From NCBI RefSeq assembly GCF_009914755.1, contig NC_060932.1: a DNA stretch of 64,000 bases. One strand, given 5' to 3'. Origin of the DNA: the human T2T-CHM13v2.0 reference genome, Homo sapiens. Below are positions 59,125 through 64,000 of this stretch, in pieces. The notes under the pieces were generated by a model, which saw only the letters and a list, made by a program, of their open reading frames with translations, did no database searches and had not been told where the DNA came from. The translations under genes and the position numbers were made by a program. Positions within the stretch are counted from its first letter, which is position 1, and each line of letters starts with the position of its first letter.

Positions 59125-59310
59125 ACAGCAGAATCTCATGGAAAAGAGCCAGGGCTCAAATTACTAGCAATCTAGTTCAGGCTCTGCTACTAACTGGACC
59201 TGTCACACTGGACAAACCACAGGAACTCTCTGGGCCTCAATTTCCTCATCTCAAAACTAATCCAAGAGATAAGAATCTATATAGTCCACTTCAGCCTAAA
59301 GATTCTGAAA
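59125..59310 (+). mobile_element. MIR
   Basis: ggctctgctactaactggacctgtcacactggacaaaccacaggaactctctgggcctcaatttcctcatctc. Confidence 0.75.
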
Positions 59311-60212
59311 TCCAAATAAAATTTTGAAAAAACATGAATATTGTCTTGTAGATATGTAAATGCAACCTTTATTTGAGAAGTTTTTAAAGGAATTTTACTT
59401 CATAATAGCAATGGCCTTCCATGTAATCAATGTAATGTGTGAGAGTCATCTGTCTTTACGTTGTGTTTCGTTTGTGTTTAGTCTCAATCCTTTCCTTGGA
59501 ATTCTGTTCCTGTTGGTTTGGGTTGCCTGATTAGAAACTGTGAATGCCTGAACCAGACCTCCTACTCAATTTGCTTAACTTATTAATTATTTAAATTATA
59601 TGGTTCAATTAAACTGAAATGGAGATCCCTATTACCCCAAAGTAATTAAGAGGATACAAGCTCTAATCCATAATTCAAAAATTATAAAGATATGACTGCA
59701 TGAGGGATGCTTGCCCAAGAGCTCAAGGCTGTTCCATATGTCAGAGCAAATGTTTCTTTATGTTGCCAATAATATCTTTTATATACTGCAAAGTAATAAT
59801 ATATCCACTATCTTTGGAATATCATATGAGTGGGATAAGCAAACATACCAATACATACCAGATTTTCAGTCACATCACCTCATTTAATTTTCACAATGGT
59901 GCCATCAGATGCGTGTGCATGCACATGTGTTGTCTGTGTGTGTGTAATCAGGAAATTCTCAAAGGGATTAATTATGCTACCCAAGGTTACACCAAGTAGG
60001 GGTTAGCGATCTGGAATTAAACACAAGTTTTGAAATCCCATTAATTTTCCTATCCATTGCATTAATTCTCTTGACAATAGAATTTTTCATCTAGAGTAGT
60101 TGCCAAATCTTAAGCCTCTGCAAAGTGCAAGGGCACTGTGGGAGAAACAAGAACTCTTACCTCTGAAGCTCACACTTGTCTACTTGACAGCCAAAGCACA
60201 GAGAAAGTACCA

Positions 60213-60613
60213 TGTGTTCGGCTGCTCTTACATTGCTATAGAGGAATACCTGAGGCTGGGTAATTTATAAAGAAAAAAGGTTTAATTGGCTCGCGGTTCT
60301 GCAGGCTGTATAAGCATGGTGCTGGCATCTGCTTAGCTTCTGGGGAGGCCTCAGGGAGCTTTTACTCATGACAGAGGGTGAAGCAGGAGCAGGCACATCA
60401 CAGGGTGAGAACAGGAACGAGAGTGCAAGGGGGAAGATGCCAATCACTTTTAAACAACCAGATGTCACAAGAACTCACTCACTATCGTGAGAACAGAACA
60501 AAGCCATGAGGGATATGCCCCCATGAACAAAACACCTTTCACCAGCCCGCTCTCCAACACTGGGGGTGACATCTCAACATGAGATTTGGTCGGGGGACAC
60601 CCAAACTATATCA
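60213..60613 (-). mobile_element. MSTA-like MaLR solo LTR inside an L2 fragment
   Basis: cattgctatagaggaatacctgaggctgggtaatttataaag ... aacatgagatttgg...ccaaactatatca; 5-bp TSD tacca/cacca. Confidence 0.92.
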
Positions 60614-61642
60614 CACCACATGACAAAAGCAGCATGTATTGAAATGGTCCAATGAGCAATATGCCCTGAAGGTAGTGTAAGAACTCAGGGAAAAGGAAAA
60701 TTATAGGCTGCATGGAGAACATCTCCCTACAGGAGATAGGACCTGAGCAGAGCTTTGAAGGAAGGTTTTGGTACATGGAGACGTCAAGGAAGGCATTCCA
60801 GGCAGGGCTGGATAGTGCAAGCAAAAGCTGAGAAGCAAGAATGAAAGGGCAACACACAGGTAGGGTAACAGCAATGTTTTGGCCCAAAGCTGGGGAACAG
60901 GAGTGTATATCATTTCATTGCTATACTTCAAAACATACATGCACACATTGTACATTTTTTGTATGCAAATGCTACACAATAAAACTTGAGAAGATTTAGC
61001 AAGTTATATTCAGGGAAAAATAGAACCTTCTGGGGATATGGTGTTTATAGTTCAAGGAGTTAGGGAGAACATTTGGCAGATGGATTGACGTCAAAATGAG
61101 AGCTGACTTGAATGTAACAATAAAACAGTTAATAGTCAAAGACAATGGACACTACTACAATAAACAAAAAGTCCTATGTAATAAAGTTATTTTGATATCT
61201 TTGCAATCATGAAAAATTCTTTTATTCACTGATTACAACAAATGATTGTGAATGAATAATCCTGGGTAATCTTACATAGTTATCTGGTTCTTGTCCACAC
61301 AATGGTCACTGGTAGTGTACATTAGTGCTAAAATTGTGGAAGTTCTATCCAGCCCCTTGGATGGATTTATGTGCCACCAACCTTACTGTTGCCAGCAGCC
61401 CATATACCTTTCTCTTGAAAACATGTAAATTATAATATACAGAGTTATTCCAGCCAGTTAGTGTGCCAAAGGTCAGAGATGATGTTGGTCTACTTCCCTA
61501 GACCATAGCACATGGACTGGCATATAGTAACCATTCAATATTTATTGAATATACAGAGGGAAAAGAGAAAAAAAGGGAAGAAAAGGGAGGAAAGAAAAGG
61601 CCCTTTGCATTATTCTCACCTTTCATTTCCTTTTCCCACATA

Positions 61643-61812
61643 CACTTGATCCTTGAACAACACGGATTTGAACTTCACATGTTATTGGTAAGGCTTCCGA
61701 TCAACAGTAGGCTATTAGTTGTTAGCTTCTAGGGGAACCAAAAATTATACTTAAGTTTTTGACTGCACAGGGGTTAATGCCCCTAGACCCCACATTGTTC
61801 AAGGGTTGGCTA
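61643..61812. mobile_element. Tigger2-derived short element
   Basis: Termini cacttgatccttgaacaacacgg / ttgttcaagggttggcta flanked by TA. Confidence 0.8.
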
Positions 61813-63737
61813 TACATCTTTTATTTTTTTAAGAATTTATTCAACAAATATTGAGTGCCTTTTATGTGCTTGTCACTATTGTAGATAATGAGTATACAGC
61901 AGTGATCAAAGCAGACAAAAAGGTGTTTCTGCCTTGGTGGAAAACTCTCTAATGAATGAATGCACACTCAGGGCTAAGCTCTTACTTTTTATCCCTGGGT
62001 CCTGTAGAAAGTGAATAAATTCCAAGCAATGGTTTTCTTGTAATAAAATTTTATGTTAATTAAACTGTATATGCATGTGTGTGTGTTGTGTGTGTGTGCG
62101 TGTGTTTATAAAAGGATTTAACCAGTTTTCAGTTAACAGGTACCAAAAACTTTTTTTCCAAGGTAATTAGATCTTCATAAGCTGTTGCAAGGAAAAGCTA
62201 GCACAAATATATAGTATTGCTTTGGTATTGAGGTGGTCTCATTGGGAAAATGAATAAAGAAATAAATTCATTTTGGAATAATGATACTTTCACATTTTAC
62301 AAGGTTCTAGTACAGAAATGATAATGTAACTTCTTAAAGTAATTGGAAATGACCTAAAGTGCTTACACCCTAACAAGGTCAGATGAAAACAAAATTGCAG
62401 CTTTTATTTAATATTTCTGGATGTAGTTCATGTGTGCAAACCTCTGATTTTATTTTGACAAAGGTCAATTAGAAGAGGGCTATTGGAGGTGCACTCAATA
62501 ATCTGACTCAATCTTCCAGCAATCACAGTCAAACTCTTGTTTTGTTGATTAAAGAAAAAAGAATGAAAAGAATTATTGGCCAGAGCGACCCATAGTTGTT
62601 TTTGCTAATGTGAGCTGGACTCCATGAATTGCTCTTCAGACTCTAGTCACAGAACTGTTTTACTTAATTATAGTGCCAAGATATCATTTCTTTAATCTCT
62701 CCCCGCTCTAAGAAATCACTGTGTTGTAACAAAGGACAATCCCCAGGCAAGATCAAGTCTATGAAGCAGAGCAAATAATATTAGCATTCTACCATCCGCA
62801 GGCATCTCTTCATTTCTCAACAGGACATGTGCCCACACACACTTCGTAACTGGAGCCCTGTAGCTTAACTTGTGTGCTTTTTAATTAAACTGCTTTCTTC
62901 AAAATCCTAACTGGATTATAATTCCTAGATTTTTTTCCTTTTGCTAGATTACAAAGAAGAAAATTATTTGCTTTCATTTTTGTCTTAATGCCTAAAATAA
63001 TCTTATTAGTAATCTGATAGATGAGTTTCAGATAAAACGAAGGGCACCCAGATAACCCCACACACACACATATGGCCCTCATGTATTGACTTTTGATTTG
63101 TATCTCCAATTCCCACTGCCCTTGTTACAGAGTTCTTCCTGGAGGCACAAAGAATGAATGTTTAAAAGTACATTGACCCCTAGTCAAAATAAATCCTAGA
63201 AAATGTGCTTTGTCAGGTCCACATGGTTTTCTAACCAAAAATGTCCTGTACTTCCCCACCATGTTATTAACCACACATTATAGCAAAGTTTGTAAATTGT
63301 ATAACTACCTCTGTGAGACTCTAAATTCCAGGACAGAAGGGGCTATGCCTGTCTTATCTCCATTTCCAAAACCTCACACATTTGGGACATAGATGCTGAA
63401 TAAATTATGCCCCAGGATAAATAAGGGTTTTACTAATTTGTATTGAAAGTATAATTCCAAATAAAGGACATATAAATATGTAAATCTATATACAAATAGA
63501 AATATATATGCCACTTTATATATATCATATATAACTTTGGATCACTCTGTCCAAAAATTCTTTCTCATTCTTTTCTCTTTAATCATCAAGGAATGAAGAG
63601 GAAGGTGTGATGTTTTCCTCTGCCTACCATCTTTCATCGGGGAGAAAGGAGATTTCTCTTGCAAGCCTCTTTTATTTTGCCAATTGCATTTGTTAGTGGT
63701 ATTGTTGATGGCAGGGATGGGGAAGGTATCACTGACA

Positions 63738-63870
63738 TAGGGTTGCCAAATTTAGTAAGTAATATAAGATACCAGAATAAATTAGAATTTTACATAAACC
63801 ACAAATAATTTTCAATATGTATGTCCCAAATATTAAATTTGGGCATCCTATATTTCATCTGGCAATACTA
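63738..63870. mobile_element. MER53 (hAT) with internal deletion
   Basis: tagggttgccaaatttag ... gggcatcctatatttcatctggcaatacta. Confidence 0.8.
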
Positions 63871-64000
63871 GCTCAAAAGCAGGGTAATTTCCATCCACAT
63901 TTCCCAAGAAGGAAATTTCAAGTTGATTTTAGGATTCCTCAAGTTCCATGAGGTGAATATTGAAGATTTTTTAAAAAAAAAACTTCTCAGAATATTGTAT

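Overview
Primate, most likely human, non-coding genomic DNA that is AT-rich and CpG-depleted. An AluYg6-type and an L1PA2-type insertion support a human or great-ape source. I find no protein-coding gene, tRNA, rRNA or CRISPR array. Nearly all ORFs in the track come from Alu, L1, MaLR or low-complexity sequence; the only recognisable protein fragments are L1 ORF1/ORF2 remnants. Roughly two thirds of the window is transposon-derived: old L1M and L2, L1PA, seven Alus, ERV1/ERVL/MaLR LTRs, Tigger/hAT DNA elements and MIRs. Family names were assigned by eye from remembered consensus sequences and need RepeatMasker/Dfam confirmation. I cannot support a genuinely new biological system here. The best observations are: (1) a 134-bp, ~92% identical inverted duplication around a 318-bp spacer that crosses a MER58A boundary; (2) a five-level transposon nest (L1 > MER82 > MER6 > MER41 > LTR10) with readable target-site duplications; (3) a 27-bp-arm fold-back hairpin inside an L2; (4) a perfect 70-bp AT palindrome; (5) two CpG-retaining unique segments that look regulatory; (6) a low-confidence chain of minus-strand exon candidates that could be a spliced lncRNA.
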